Below are positions 15,725 to 27,481 of a stretch of 34,330 nucleotides of DNA, one piece after another. The DNA is taken from the sequence record DRR723986_26224. One strand, written 5' to 3'. Both the position numbers and the translations under genes were made by a program. The notes beneath the pieces are model-generated. The model had not been told where the DNA came from. It did no database searches and worked only from the letters and a program-made list of their open reading frames with translations. Every line of letters starts with the position of its first letter. Position 1 is the first letter of the stretch.

Positions 15725-16954
15725 CTACAGACCGATCGACTGGCCGGATACATACACAGACTGGACCCGCAGCTCATCAGAAAGCAGAACTAAGTCAGCC
15801 TGCTTTCCCACCTCGATACTGCCGATTCGGTCAGCCATGCCCGTAAGTACAGCGGGCGTCAAACTGGCCATTCGCACCACCTCCGGCAAAGTAGCCGTGG
15901 TTTGCTGAAACATCGTTTGAACCATGCGGTCCATCCCAACGATCGAACTGGCGAGACTCGTCTTGCCAGGTGCCCAGCCAACCTGTCCGTCGCTTTCGAA
16001 AACGCTACCCGTTTCTTTATTGCCAAATCGATACTCTCCAATTGGCATATCCAGGGCCCGATTGCAGTCTGTTACCAGGCACAGTCTATCCGGACCGAGC
16101 ATTCGATACGCAAACTCTAGCAACTCAGTGGAAAGGTGATGACCATCGGCTATCACTTCAGTGCTCATTTCCTTATTCATGAGCACAAACTCGGCCATAC
16201 TAGCCTGCATCGGAGTCCCGAACCGCTTTCGAAGACTGGGCACACTGCTCATCGCGCACCAGAAGTGATCAACGTGCCGCACACCGAGGTCAAATGCGCA
16301 CTGCATCTCAGGCCAACTGGCATTCGAATGTCCACAAGTGACAAAACAACCAGCTCGACGGGCAGCTCGATAGAATTCATCTGCACCGGGCAGTTCTGCT
16401 GCGCAAGTCGCAATGCGGACTAGACCTGACTCAAAATAACGCTCGAATTCTGCACCAAGAGGACTCCGCCGACCGTCCTTGCTATGACAGCCAACCTTAT
16501 CCTCAGCGAAATACGGGCCGTACAAATGCACGCCTGCAATCTTCGACGAAGTTGGATTCTGCTGGTAGCCTTTTACCGCTTCGATTGCTTGAAGGATTTC
16601 TTCTTGGCTACCAGTTGTCGTCGTCGCGAACAGCGTCGTTGTGCCATGCCGCGCATGAGCGTCGCAGACAGTCGCCACCGCTTGCTGGGAGCCGTCCATG
16701 AAATCCGCATCTGCACCGCCGTGAATATGCATATCGACGAAACCAGGTGCAATGAATTGACCTTCGCAATCAACGACATCACAATCGGAGCCCCAGTCGC
16801 TACGCCCATCGTCGGGGACTACGCGTTCGACCTGCCCTGCGGCGATGACCAGCGTTGCCTTTTCCAGTAGCCGATCTGGGAGAATGATAGTACCGCCAAC
16901 GAATGCCCTTCGCACGTTCGCCGCATCCGTCCCAACAGCCGGCTCAATGTTCAT
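15725..16954 (-). CDS. nagA: N-acetylglucosamine-6-phosphate deacetylase-like amidohydrolase with a variant metal site
   Basis: PGFVDMHIHG, HGTT, GHSNA, IADGHH, LVTD, ASLTPA, GSIEVGKQADLV. The canonical HLEGP reads HLYGP and THLFNAM reads DHFWCAM. Confidence 0.8.
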   Translation of the reverse strand: MNIEPAVGTDAANVRRAFVGGTIILPDRLLEKATLVIAAGQVERVVPDDGRSDWGSDCDVVDCEGQFIAPGFVDMHIHGGADADFMDGSQQAVATVCDAHARHGTTTLFATTTTGSQEEILQAIEAVKGYQQNPTSSKIAGVHLYGPYFAEDKVGCHSKDGRRSPLGAEFERYFESGLVRIATCAAELPGADEFYRAARRAGCFVTCGHSNASWPEMQCAFDLGVRHVDHFWCAMSSVPSLRKRFGTPMQASMAEFVLMNKEMSTEVIADGHHLSTELLEFAYRMLGPDRLCLVTDCNRALDMPIGEYRFGNKETGSVFESDGQVGWAPGKTSLASSIVGMDRMVQTMFQQTTATLPEVVRMASLTPAVLTGMADRIGSIEVGKQADLVLLSDELRVQSVYVSGQSIGL

Positions 16955-17005
16955 GCATTTTTCCTAATTCAGAGCATTTCACCAAAGGCAGACAAACTGG
17001 GCGGC

Positions 17006-20000
17006 TTACGGTTGGCCAACTTCGGCGGGTTCTACCCCGGCAGACTTCACAGATTGAAGCATCGCATCGTAATCCATGTTTCCTTCCAATGCCTTGAACG
17101 CTTCGTCGCTAAGATCATCTTCTGAAAGGAAATCAATTGCTTCAAGCGATCGTAGAGTTTGAACGACTTGCTGCATGAGCGAATCGATCTGAGACTGTTC
17201 AACGCCCGCTTCAGCAGCTTCGCTCACCAAGCGACCTTGGCAGCGGGCGATCGTGTAGAGCCGATCGGGCTGACCTGGATTGGTCTGAACTGCTTCGAGC
17301 ATTTTCTCCGATGCAACTTCGAATTCTCCGAGCTTCTGCCGAGCAAGCCCGACATTGGTTATCATCATGCTCAGATTGCCCAGCAAGCGTTCGTTCCCCT
17401 CCAGCTCTGCGACCAACCCCCGATAACTCTTTTCCGCCTCCTGAAATACTGAAAGCGCCGCATCGGGTTTGTCCATTTTCAACTGCAATAACCCCAGGCC
17501 GTTCAGCGCGTTGGCAAGCCCTTCGACATACTGACGTGACTGAGGGTTTTTTTCAGCTAGTCGCCGGCGGATCTCTACAGCCTTGATGCCAGCCTCCTCA
17601 GATTCTTCAAGCCGACTCAGAAACTTGTACTGGGTGCTCAGCCCCAGGAAGGCTCGCCCCAAGTTGTTCTCGAGCCGTGCGATACCAGGATTTTCATTGA
17701 CCAATCGCTGCTGAATCGCCATCGACTTTTCATAGGCGGCCAAAGCGTTCTCATAGTTTTGCATGCGCTCTGCTTCCGGTCGCCCGCCTCGGTCATTGCG
17801 ATGCGAATGAGCGACGGCGATAGTGTTGTACACGTCACCCAGTGTCATCATGAAAGCAAGCGACTCTGGATGCTCGGCTGTCAGCTTCTCAAGCATCGTG
17901 GCAGCTTGAGCATAGTTCTCAAGCGCTTTGTTAAGCAAATCGTCCCATTCGACCACAGAGGAAACTCGCGAAGACATCCGCCGCTGACACAGGCCCAAAT
18001 CCCAGATGGTTCTCGCAAATGAATACGTGTCGTATTCGTTGGCATCATCGGCATCCAGTATCGCCTCACGTACCTTCTTCGCTTTCTGGATCAAAGGCAT
18101 CCCCATGGCGGGTTGAGGCGAACTGGCCATTAGCTCGCCCCATGCACCGTACAGCTCTCCGAGGTAACGCTTCGCTTTCACATTTGATGACTCGTCCTCC
18201 GCTGCAGCCTTGAGTAATCCCTCAGACTTTTCATACCACTGAATGCACGCGGGACCTTGGCCCATTCGCATCATCGCCACACCACGCAATAGATACGCTC
18301 GCCCCAACAGCGGACCCGCCCACTGCCGATAGTCTGGAGCGTCATCGCCGGAATCAGCTTCGGCGTCGGTTAGCTCCTGCAGATCCTCGAGTTGTTTGAT
18401 CGCTCGTTCGTTCAATTCATACGCCGAAGTCAGCTCACCGCGCGTCATCGTGGCGTTTGCCGAACGGTAGAGTAATTCACCGTGAGCGTACTGGATCCGC
18501 GGATGGTCGGGCGATTCTTTTAAACGAGCCTCGTAAAACTCAAGTGCCGAATCCAGGAATTCCTGACGAAGCGGTTGCAACGAGGGCGTATCGAACAGCT
18601 TCTCCTCACTGACGCGACTATAGAAATCCTGAACGACCTTCTCAGCCGCAATCGCATTCTCCTCCGCCATGTCCGCATTAGCCTCGGCTCGCTTTGCATT
18701 CTCTGCCGCTTGTTCCGCGTTCTTCTCTGCCGCCAAGGCATTTGCGACCGCCAGCTTCTCGTTATTGATGGCTTCGACCGCATTGTCCTCTGCACGAGTC
18801 CACTGTGTCTGGGCACGATAAAGGCCGAACGCGGTTCCGAGTACGCCAGCAGCCAGAACACCCACTAGCCCCAGGGCAATCCTCCGGCGTTTCTGCTCCT
18901 CTTCAATTCTAAGCTCAGCTCTTGCCTGTTCGTCCTTCGCCTCCTGCAACCTTTGCTCACGACGTTCAACGTACGCAGCAACTTCTGCCGCAACGGCCCC
19001 TCCGCCACTCGGTCGCTGAACTGGGTCAGCGAACAGACAACGCCGGGTTAGCTCCTTGAGTGTTTCATCGGCATCACAGTCACGTAGCATTTTGAGCGAT
19101 GGCTCCAATTCGGAGGCAGCGACAGCGGCCAACACTTTGTCAGCGCTGGAGATCTCACTAAACAAACGCTGCCCGGTCAAAAGCTCAAAGAGCATTGCTC
19201 CCAGACTGTAAACATCACTCCGCTGATCGATTCGATCTCGCTGACCGAGCGCTTGCTCAGGAGGCATGTATGATGGCGTCCCTAAGACGTCTCCAGCACC
19301 AGTCATGCTAGCGGCGAGACTTGCCGCAGACTCAACACCCTCGTTCTCCACCGTTCCAACGCCACCTTCAACCTCGCATTCAACCACGCCGAGCTCTGGC
19401 TCACCAATATGCTTTGCAAGCCCCCAGTCCATTACTTGCACTTCACCGAATTCTCCTACCATCACGTTTTGAGGCTTCAAGTCGCGGTGAATCACGCCCT
19501 GCTCATGCGCATAAGCGATTGTCTGGGCGACGCTTGCAAAGTACCCAAGCAGTTGTTGCTGAGTGGGCTTGCCAGTGCTTCCAGCTTCACGAATTAGTTC
19601 TGCAAGAGTCTTACCCTCGACGACCTTCATGCTGAAGAAGGGAACGCCGTTGTCTAGACTGCCGGAGTCGTATAGTGGCGGCACGCCTGGGTGCTGAAGC
19701 TTGCCGGCCAATTCAGCTTCGCGCGTGAGCCGCTGCCAAGCATCCGGCTTTGCGAACCACTGCTCCCGAAGACTCTTTACCGCTACCACTCTTCTCAATT
19801 TTTGATCGCGAACACGCCAGATTTGCCCCAGACCACCTTCGCCAATCTTTGCGATCGAATCGTAGCGGCTGGGTAGTGGAAGCCCTACTTCAGAGTTAGG
19901 GCCGCTTTCAACGTGATCGGGCAAAGGCGGAAAGCCTTCGGCTGCACCCAGACTAGCTCCCTCGACCCCTTCCACGGCCGTTGAGGCGGCATCGGGCACC

Positions 20001-20218
20001 GTCAACTCGGCAGAATCCGAAATCTGCCGCAGCTCGATGATTAGGCGTTTGCGCAGAGCGGCATAGTTTGGGGCCGAATGGTCCGTATCGGACCGGCCGC
20101 TTAGGAACGTATCAACCAACTCTACCTGATCCGCGCGGTCGCGCATCGAGCTAAGCTGATTCTTACAAAACGTGCTGAACTCTTTGGCGATCGCCTCAAT
20201 CAATTCATCGTCTGACAT
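17006..20218 (-). CDS. Membrane-anchored Hanks-type Ser/Thr protein kinase with coiled-coil stalk and TPR region
   Basis: GEGGLGQIW, VAVK, HRDLKPQN, DWGLAK, GTPSYMPPEQ, SDVYSLG; TM helix IALGLVGVLAAGVLGTAFGLY; TPR-like helices (LANALNGLG..., ALAAYEKSMAIQQRLV). Confidence 0.93.
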   Translation of the reverse strand: MSDDELIEAIAKEFSTFCKNQLSSMRDRADQVELVDTFLSGRSDTDHSAPNYAALRKRLIIELRQISDSAELTVPDAASTAVEGVEGASLGAAEGFPPLPDHVESGPNSEVGLPLPSRYDSIAKIGEGGLGQIWRVRDQKLRRVVAVKSLREQWFAKPDAWQRLTREAELAGKLQHPGVPPLYDSGSLDNGVPFFSMKVVEGKTLAELIREAGSTGKPTQQQLLGYFASVAQTIAYAHEQGVIHRDLKPQNVMVGEFGEVQVMDWGLAKHIGEPELGVVECEVEGGVGTVENEGVESAASLAASMTGAGDVLGTPSYMPPEQALGQRDRIDQRSDVYSLGAMLFELLTGQRLFSEISSADKVLAAVAASELEPSLKMLRDCDADETLKELTRRCLFADPVQRPSGGGAVAAEVAAYVERREQRLQEAKDEQARAELRIEEEQKRRRIALGLVGVLAAGVLGTAFGLYRAQTQWTRAEDNAVEAINNEKLAVANALAAEKNAEQAAENAKRAEANADMAEENAIAAEKVVQDFYSRVSEEKLFDTPSLQPLRQEFLDSALEFYEARLKESPDHPRIQYAHGELLYRSANATMTRGELTSAYELNERAIKQLEDLQELTDAEADSGDDAPDYRQWAGPLLGRAYLLRGVAMMRMGQGPACIQWYEKSEGLLKAAAEDESSNVKAKRYLGELYGAWGELMASSPQPAMGMPLIQKAKKVREAILDADDANEYDTYSFARTIWDLGLCQRRMSSRVSSVVEWDDLLNKALENYAQAATMLEKLTAEHPESLAFMMTLGDVYNTIAVAHSHRNDRGGRPEAERMQNYENALAAYEKSMAIQQRLVNENPGIARLENNLGRAFLGLSTQYKFLSRLEESEEAGIKAVEIRRRLAEKNPQSRQYVEGLANALNGLGLLQLKMDKPDAALSVFQEAEKSYRGLVAELEGNERLLGNLSMMITNVGLARQKLGEFEVASEKMLEAVQTNPGQPDRLYTIARCQGRLVSEAAEAGVEQSQIDSLMQQVVQTLRSLEAIDFLSEDDLSDEAFKALEGNMDYDAMLQSVKSAGVEPAEVGQP

Positions 20219-20313
20219 CTACGCTCAATCGTCTTGGGCTAAGGGGCTCGTACAAATGAACCCCTAGATTCTAGACGGATCGCCGGAGACAAAGGGAGCT
20301 TCCCCCCCGAACT

Positions 20314-20344
20314 CCGCAAACAATGTCACGCCGCAAACATTGTC
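20314..20344. repeat. 14-bp direct repeat with 17-bp period between xylA and the kinase gene
   Basis: CCGCAAACAATGTC (20314-20327) / CCGCAAACATTGTC (20331-20344). Confidence 0.85.
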
Positions 20345-20409
20345 CGTTGAGCTGCACCGGCGAAGCCCTACACGAGCTTCCACCGTTGGTCGCGAATTCA
20401 GATTACCGC

Positions 20410-21720
20410 CTATAGAAATTCGTTGAAGATGTTTTCGAGCATCTCTTGCCGACCACTTACGTTGCCGGAAACTTCGCCCTTGTCCAACATGTAAGCTTCG
20501 AGCTCAGCTAGGCTTGCGTTACCAGACTCAATCTTCTGTCCCAAGTCGCCGCCCCAACTGCTATAGCGCTGCTGAACGAAATCGCCCATTCGTCCGTCGG
20601 CGCGAATCGCTGCGGCAATCTTTAAGCCTCTCGCGAACGCATCCATGCCTCCAACGTGAGCGTGGAACAAATCAATCGGCTCGAAACTCTCGCGGCGAAC
20701 CTTGGCGTCGAAGTTCACGCCTCCGCTTCCAAGCCCACCGTGCTTGAGAATCATCAGCATGCACTGAGCGGTATCATAAAGGTTCGTTGGAAACTGATCC
20801 GTATCCCAACCCAGCAGCAAGTCACCGGTGTTGGCGTCGATGGACCCAAGCGCACCTTGATGACCAGCATAATCTAGCTCGTGCATCATCGTGTGACCGG
20901 CCAACGTCGCATGGTTGGTTTCCAGGTTCAGTTTAAAATGGGGCAGCAAATCGTAAGCCCGCAAGAAATTCAAGCATGCTGCCGCATCGGAGTCATACTG
21001 GTGCTTGGTTGGCTCCTTCGGCTTGGGCTCGATCAAGAACTGTCCGTCAAAGCCAATCTCTTTTGCGTAGTCGACCGCCATGTGGAAGAAACGTGCCAGG
21101 TGGTCTAGCTCGCGCTTCATGTCCGTGTTGTACAGACTCTGATATCCTTCACGACCTCCCCAGAACACGTAGTTCTCGCCACCAAGCGACTTGGTAACCT
21201 CGAGGCACTTCTTCACCTGAGCCGCTGCGAAGGCGAATACTTCAACATTGCAACTGGTTGCGGCACCATGCATGAATCGCGGATTGCTGAACAGATTGCA
21301 TGTACCCCACAGCAACTTGATACCAGTCTTCTCCTGGTGCTCTTTGAGCGACTCTGCGATGCGATCAAAATTCTTGTGTGATTCTGCAAGCGTGGCGCCT
21401 TCCGGTGCTACATCGCGGTCGTGAAATGCGTAGTAGGGTGCCTGCAGTTTTTCGAAAATCTCAAAAGCAACTTCGACGCGCTTGAGCGCGTTGTCTACGC
21501 TGTCACTTCCGTCATCCCAAGGCCGAACCGCTGTACCAGGTCCAAACGGATCTCCACCGGTTCCTCGCATTGTGTGCCAGTAGACGATACTGAACCGCAG
21601 GTGGTCCTTCATCGTCTTACCCTCGATCACTTCTTCAGGGTTGTACCATTTGAAGGCGAGATCATTCTTGCTATCGGGACCTTCGTATTCAATACGCGAG
21701 ATTTCTGGAAACTGAGCCAT
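20410..21720 (-). CDS. xylA: Xylose isomerase (class II)
   Basis: [58 protein letters not shown]. Confidence 0.97.
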   Translation of the reverse strand: MAQFPEISRIEYEGPDSKNDLAFKWYNPEEVIEGKTMKDHLRFSIVYWHTMRGTGGDPFGPGTAVRPWDDGSDSVDNALKRVEVAFEIFEKLQAPYYAFHDRDVAPEGATLAESHKNFDRIAESLKEHQEKTGIKLLWGTCNLFSNPRFMHGAATSCNVEVFAFAAAQVKKCLEVTKSLGGENYVFWGGREGYQSLYNTDMKRELDHLARFFHMAVDYAKEIGFDGQFLIEPKPKEPTKHQYDSDAAACLNFLRAYDLLPHFKLNLETNHATLAGHTMMHELDYAGHQGALGSIDANTGDLLLGWDTDQFPTNLYDTAQCMLMILKHGGLGSGGVNFDAKVRRESFEPIDLFHAHVGGMDAFARGLKIAAAIRADGRMGDFVQQRYSSWGGDLGQKIESGNASLAELEAYMLDKGEVSGNVSGRQEMLENIFNEFL

Positions 21721-22120
21721 TTTGCCTTCACCAACCTATCTTCGAATGATTCATTGTCACTAGCCGTCCGCCCGGCGTTGCCATCAACTTTTACACCTGC
21801 AAAGCGAGATGGACTGAGCACATGACCGGATGCAATGTTGTAACCCTCCAAACCACAGGCCTCCAGACGGCATGCTGCCTCAAAGGGTCTTAATCGCCGG
21901 TTTTCGTGAAAATTCTGCCCGCTGAACCGCGCAGCAGGACCCGCCGACTCAGCAAATAACGCCTTGCCTAACGGTGGTTAGCTAACCGTTGAAATCCGAC
22001 GGAGCTTACGGACAACTGGCCCAACAGAAAGCAACCTAGAAGAAGCGTGCCAACGCGGCCTTAATCGTCCACAGGGATGCAAAACCGATTCTTACATAAG
22101 CATGTGCCTTCCGCACAACC

Positions 22121-23371
22121 CTATGCGTCTGTGATCTGGTTCCGCGGTTCTGCCGCACGCGTCGCTGGCATCGTGGAGGAGATCGGTAGATCCTCATAGT
22201 CCAAAGCCGCTTCCACAGAACGAAGCTCGACTCGAATGCCCTTTCGCAGCGTATAGTCACCCAGCACAACGCTATGCCGTAGCCCCAACTCATGACTTAA
22301 GCTGGCATAAAGACTGACGTTCTTGCGCTGCCGCGGGAAAATCTCGATAACTCGAGCTCCAACTGGGGCAAAGATGGTGTTTGCAAGCGCGGCACCATGC
22401 GTCGTGACAATGACACTTGATTGACGCATGAGCGCAAATTGCTCGCCTACGGTCAGATCTTCGAAACACACTGACTCAAACCCGCGGCTGGCCAGCATCC
22501 TCTCCAGCGCCAACTCATTTTTAACACGGCGGTTTTTCGCTTTGCGACGACTAATGTACAGCTTGCGATTGGGTGCTTCTACGCGTTCGGGCATCAGCAT
22601 CCCTGCAAAATGCCGCAAGACAACCGCTGACGCATCGGACACATAAAACATCTCATCGGCACCAACGTGCATCCGACAATGTGGCTGCAGGATGCACTCA
22701 TCCGGCACGCCGAGTAAACGCAAAACTTCAGACTGAAACCGGCTTTGGCAGTCAATCAAAATGCGATCAACATCGATTCCCAGCAAGTCGAGCGCAGCGA
22801 TTCTTGGGGCGACTTCGATCAACCAATGGTAATAGTTGTGTGCAGCTCGGTTATTGATCGCCGCAACCCGACCTTCAAGATCAGCCTTCGGGGGAAGCCC
22901 ACTCCGGGCTGTCAAATCACCGCCAGATCCAAAGCTCGCTAGATGCCCCCTGAAACCAACTTTCGCTGCTCGCGACGCGTCCGCACCGCCGCGAAAATGA
23001 AATCCCGACTCAAAGACCGCCGCCTGATCGGAAGACACCAACAAACACGCTCGCCCGATACTGGAGCCGCCACGAAGGGATGTCGCATGCGTAGTAGAGG
23101 GTCGCCGTGGGGCTGAAAGCAGCTTTGAATCAACACCGTCAACGACATGAAAATCGAAATGACTAGAGTCGCAATCGGACTGCACATCGCCCTGCACCGC
23201 GAAAGTGCACACCTGCTCGGGTCGCTCAGCAGCTAGCTCACGAATCGTTGCTACACGGCGTGGAGCCGTCTCAGGATTGCGCCAGCTTGTAACTGGAACT
23301 TTCGGTAGCAGATACTTGCCGTGTCGCCAAAAATCCGGCGACTTCAACGCGCAACTCTCGACCTGAGACAT
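22121..23371 (-). CDS. Glycosyltransferase family 61 (DUF563) protein
   Basis: NYYHWLIEVAPRI, LYISRRKA..RRVKNE, EDLTVGEQ, HGAALAN.IFA, VIEIFP. Start MSQ (23371, GGAG upstream) preferred over 23440. Confidence 0.82.
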   Translation of the reverse strand: MSQVESCALKSPDFWRHGKYLLPKVPVTSWRNPETAPRRVATIRELAAERPEQVCTFAVQGDVQSDCDSSHFDFHVVDGVDSKLLSAPRRPSTTHATSLRGGSSIGRACLLVSSDQAAVFESGFHFRGGADASRAAKVGFRGHLASFGSGGDLTARSGLPPKADLEGRVAAINNRAAHNYYHWLIEVAPRIAALDLLGIDVDRILIDCQSRFQSEVLRLLGVPDECILQPHCRMHVGADEMFYVSDASAVVLRHFAGMLMPERVEAPNRKLYISRRKAKNRRVKNELALERMLASRGFESVCFEDLTVGEQFALMRQSSVIVTTHGAALANTIFAPVGARVIEIFPRQRKNVSLYASLSHELGLRHSVVLGDYTLRKGIRVELRSVEAALDYEDLPISSTMPATRAAEPRNQITDA

Positions 23372-23505
23372 AACGCGGACTCCATTCCATCGGATCCATC
23401 GAAAATCACTTTGCCGCTGTGTACGAAGATGCTTGCACACGCGTCAAACACGCACCGTGAAGCGATGGGCTGGTGCAGAGCCCAGGCATCACAATTTCTT
23501 GGCAA

Positions 23506-23850
23506 CTACTTCTCTGGCAATTCGCAAGTGCCACTTACGCCTGAGTCACTGACGTCGTCCGATTCAGACACCTCTACCTCGACGCCCTTCCAGAATGCAA
23601 CTGCCCCCTTAATGCTGCTGGCAGCACCTTTCGGCTCCGGGTAATACCACGCGGCATCGGAGTTCGTTTTCCCATCTACAACCAGAGAGTAGTAGCGAGC
23701 CTCTCCTTTCCAGCCGCAAACCGATGTCGTTTCCGTCGGCGTGAAAAACTCCTGCTTAATCGAGTCCGCAGGAAAATAGTGGTTTCCTTCCACGACTTCC
23801 GTCGAACTAGACTCTGCGACAACAACACCGTTCCAAATTGCTTTTGCCAT
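23506..23850 (-). CDS. DUF427 family protein
   Basis: MAKAIWNGVVVAES, VEGNHYFP, CGWKGEARYY, DAAWYYPEPK, IKGAVAFWKGVEV; short acidic C-terminal extension. Confidence 0.9.
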   Translation of the reverse strand: MAKAIWNGVVVAESSSTEVVEGNHYFPADSIKQEFFTPTETTSVCGWKGEARYYSLVVDGKTNSDAAWYYPEPKGAASSIKGAVAFWKGVEVEVSESDDVSDSGVSGTCELPEK

Positions 23851-23969
23851 TCCAATCAACTTTCTAGAATGATTGTACCAGTCCATCCCCGCAGCAATCC
23901 ACTGCTCCGCCGCAGCACCAGCCGGGACACGAACGACTTCGTCGAATTGCTTACGAGAAACTGCTTCGC

Positions 23970-25385
<1,416 letters not shown>

Positions 25386-25476
25386 TCAATCTTCATTATC
25401 CGCCAATTCCGCCTCGGCGAGAAGCCCGCTGCTGAGAAGGCAGAATTCGATCAATCCATTGAGATATTCAATGTTT

Positions 25477-25505
25477 GGCGGAGCTGATATTTCCGCCCTT
25501 TTTCA
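25477..25505 (+). terminator. Terminator-like hairpin plus T-tract on the strand antisense to the flanking genes
   Basis: GGCGGA-GCTGATATT-TCCGCC followed by CTTTTTC on +. On - the hairpin is followed by AAACATTG. Confidence 0.3.
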
Positions 25506-25541
25506 TTCTTCGCGACTGACGTTTGCCGCACGCAATCCTGA

Positions 25542-27296
25542 CTAGCGGCCGATGAACACACGCAACTTCGCCACCGAAACACTCCCAAAGCCCTTGGGCG
25601 GCTGAACGACCATGATTCGTCCTTCGGCGGCGATAGTCAATTTGGCCAATACAGACTGGAACATTGCAGGCGGTCCGCGAAAGACAATCCAGTTGTCTGT
25701 TTCACTAACATTGCCGGCGCCCTGCAGAGCATCATCTTCAGTGAATCTATCGTCGCGAAATTGCTCGAGCCAAAATGCACTCGAATTAAGGAGAGCGTGG
25801 GGCACGACCAATTGTCCCTCATACTCGACCTGATAAATACTTCGCAATGGAAAACTCAAGTAGCGATCGACCTCGGGCTGGAGCGGCGGAACTTGCCCAA
25901 CAGCCTCGATCAAGCCACTTGAAACCCACAGCCGATCTCCGTCGCTAAACTGCTCGGAAACAAAGCGACTTGCCTGTCGCCAGCCCTCCACACGCTGCCA
26001 AGGTACCAGACTGCCCCCTTTCCACAGCGCAACACTTCCCTGCATGCAGACGAGTGTTACCAATACGAGCGCTGCCGTGGTTAGCCGGATCAAAGCGCTC
26101 GGTACTCGGGCGACGATGGCAGCCGAAGCTAGGATTAAAGGAGCGTAGCATGAAATCAAGTATCGCTGGTGCAGCATTGGAGCTACTTCCAGCCAAGCCG
26201 CCAACCAAACCAACAATGCCGGCGCAAGTGCAGCGAACAGCCAAAACGCCACTTCGCCGACCGAACTCAATGCAGACCCGGCCTCAGCATCCCCTTCAGT
26301 ACCAGACTCGACGCTTCTAGTGACTCGCGGTCGCCTACCAAACAGGCTTGATAACCGCATAGTTGCATGGAAACCAGCCAGAGCAGCCAACGCGGGAAGC
26401 ACAAACCAATGCACCGGCAAAGCCCTCAGAAAATCAGCCGTCGAGCTACCGCCCGCAAAGCTCTTCCAATTGTCGCGCCGCTGCCAAACTGTCGTCTCCC
26501 AAGGCCCCGGTGGCCAGAGCCACCAATCTGAAGTCAGGGCAACCATCGCGGCAACGGCAGGAACAGCCACGACACACGTAATCTGCCAAGTTGACAAGCC
26601 TCGGGCCGTTGAGTGTCTTGCGCAAATCCGTGCAAACACCAGACACCCCGCCTGACAGAACACAACGGGAAGGGACGCTAAATGCAGTAGACACAAAATT
26701 GCACCCGTGCACGCCCACAGACAAGCGACCTTGGTCGTGGATACCCTGGTAGAATTGGATATCCCAGGACAACTTTTTGAGGTACGGTCACCGCCGCTTA
26801 AAACGTCGCCTTGGGCTCTCGCAACGCACAGCCACGCGGTCGCGAGCCAGCCAATCAACGCTGAGAATTGCTGCACCATGTATAACCGAGCTTCGGTGCC
26901 GTAGAAGAGCTGCCTTTGATCCAGTACCACCAAACCAGCGACCAAGATCGCAGCACCGCCCCCCCAACTTAATCGCCGAACCGCCCAGAGCAGCCCCCCC
27001 AAAACGGCTAACCACGCGAGGATACTGGGCAGCCGAAGCGCGACTTCTGGCCGCACACCAAACCAACCAACTGTCGCATAAAAGGGCTTTACTGCGGCAA
27101 AATAATAGGGCTGCTGGTTTCCACCCCCCGAAAGAGCCGGAACCTGGCTCCATGGTGCGGAAACCGCCCATGCGGTGTGCAATTCGTCAAGCCAAAGCGA
27201 CCTTTTCGACACCTGCCAAGCGGCAGTGAGCAGATATGCGAGAGCCATCCCGGTCAGGGCGACTGTCAGAAAAATGCTAACCTGGCCACGTTTCAC
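25542..27296 (-). CDS. Multi-pass GT-C fold glycosyltransferase (PMT/ArnT-like, GT39/GT83-like)
   Basis: First TM followed by SLWLDE; QQPYYF, LRLPS, YGTEARLY, HQRYL; about 10-12 hydrophobic segments and a soluble C-terminal domain. Confidence 0.78.
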   Translation of the reverse strand: MKRGQVSIFLTVALTGMALAYLLTAAWQVSKRSLWLDELHTAWAVSAPWSQVPALSGGGNQQPYYFAAVKPFYATVGWFGVRPEVALRLPSILAWLAVLGGLLWAVRRLSWGGGAAILVAGLVVLDQRQLFYGTEARLYMVQQFSALIGWLATAWLCVARAQGDVLSGGDRTSKSCPGISNSTRVSTTKVACLWACTGAILCLLHLASLPVVFCQAGCLVFARICARHSTARGLSTWQITCVVAVPAVAAMVALTSDWWLWPPGPWETTVWQRRDNWKSFAGGSSTADFLRALPVHWFVLPALAALAGFHATMRLSSLFGRRPRVTRSVESGTEGDAEAGSALSSVGEVAFWLFAALAPALLVWLAAWLEVAPMLHQRYLISCYAPLILASAAIVARVPSALIRLTTAALVLVTLVCMQGSVALWKGGSLVPWQRVEGWRQASRFVSEQFSDGDRLWVSSGLIEAVGQVPPLQPEVDRYLSFPLRSIYQVEYEGQLVVPHALLNSSAFWLEQFRDDRFTEDDALQGAGNVSETDNWIVFRGPPAMFQSVLAKLTIAAEGRIMVVQPPKGFGSVSVAKLRVFIGR

Positions 27297-27481
27297 TTGA
27301 CGATTAAGGGGTTGCGTTGTGCAATGGAGTTGGTGGGGAGTACACTAAACATAACGCGAGCGGCCTGTTTTGACTGGCCTGCCTGAGAGAATGTCCGTTT
27401 ATTGGCATGCTCGCGACCTCCTTTTCTTTGAATCTGGACTGCAGACGCATTACTGGCTGCTTCCCAGAAACAGGTACTCCC

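Noticed and set aside
25425..25440. GCTGAGA as a TPP riboswitch core
   Set aside because: It is on the strand opposite to thiC and lacks the downstream conserved elements.
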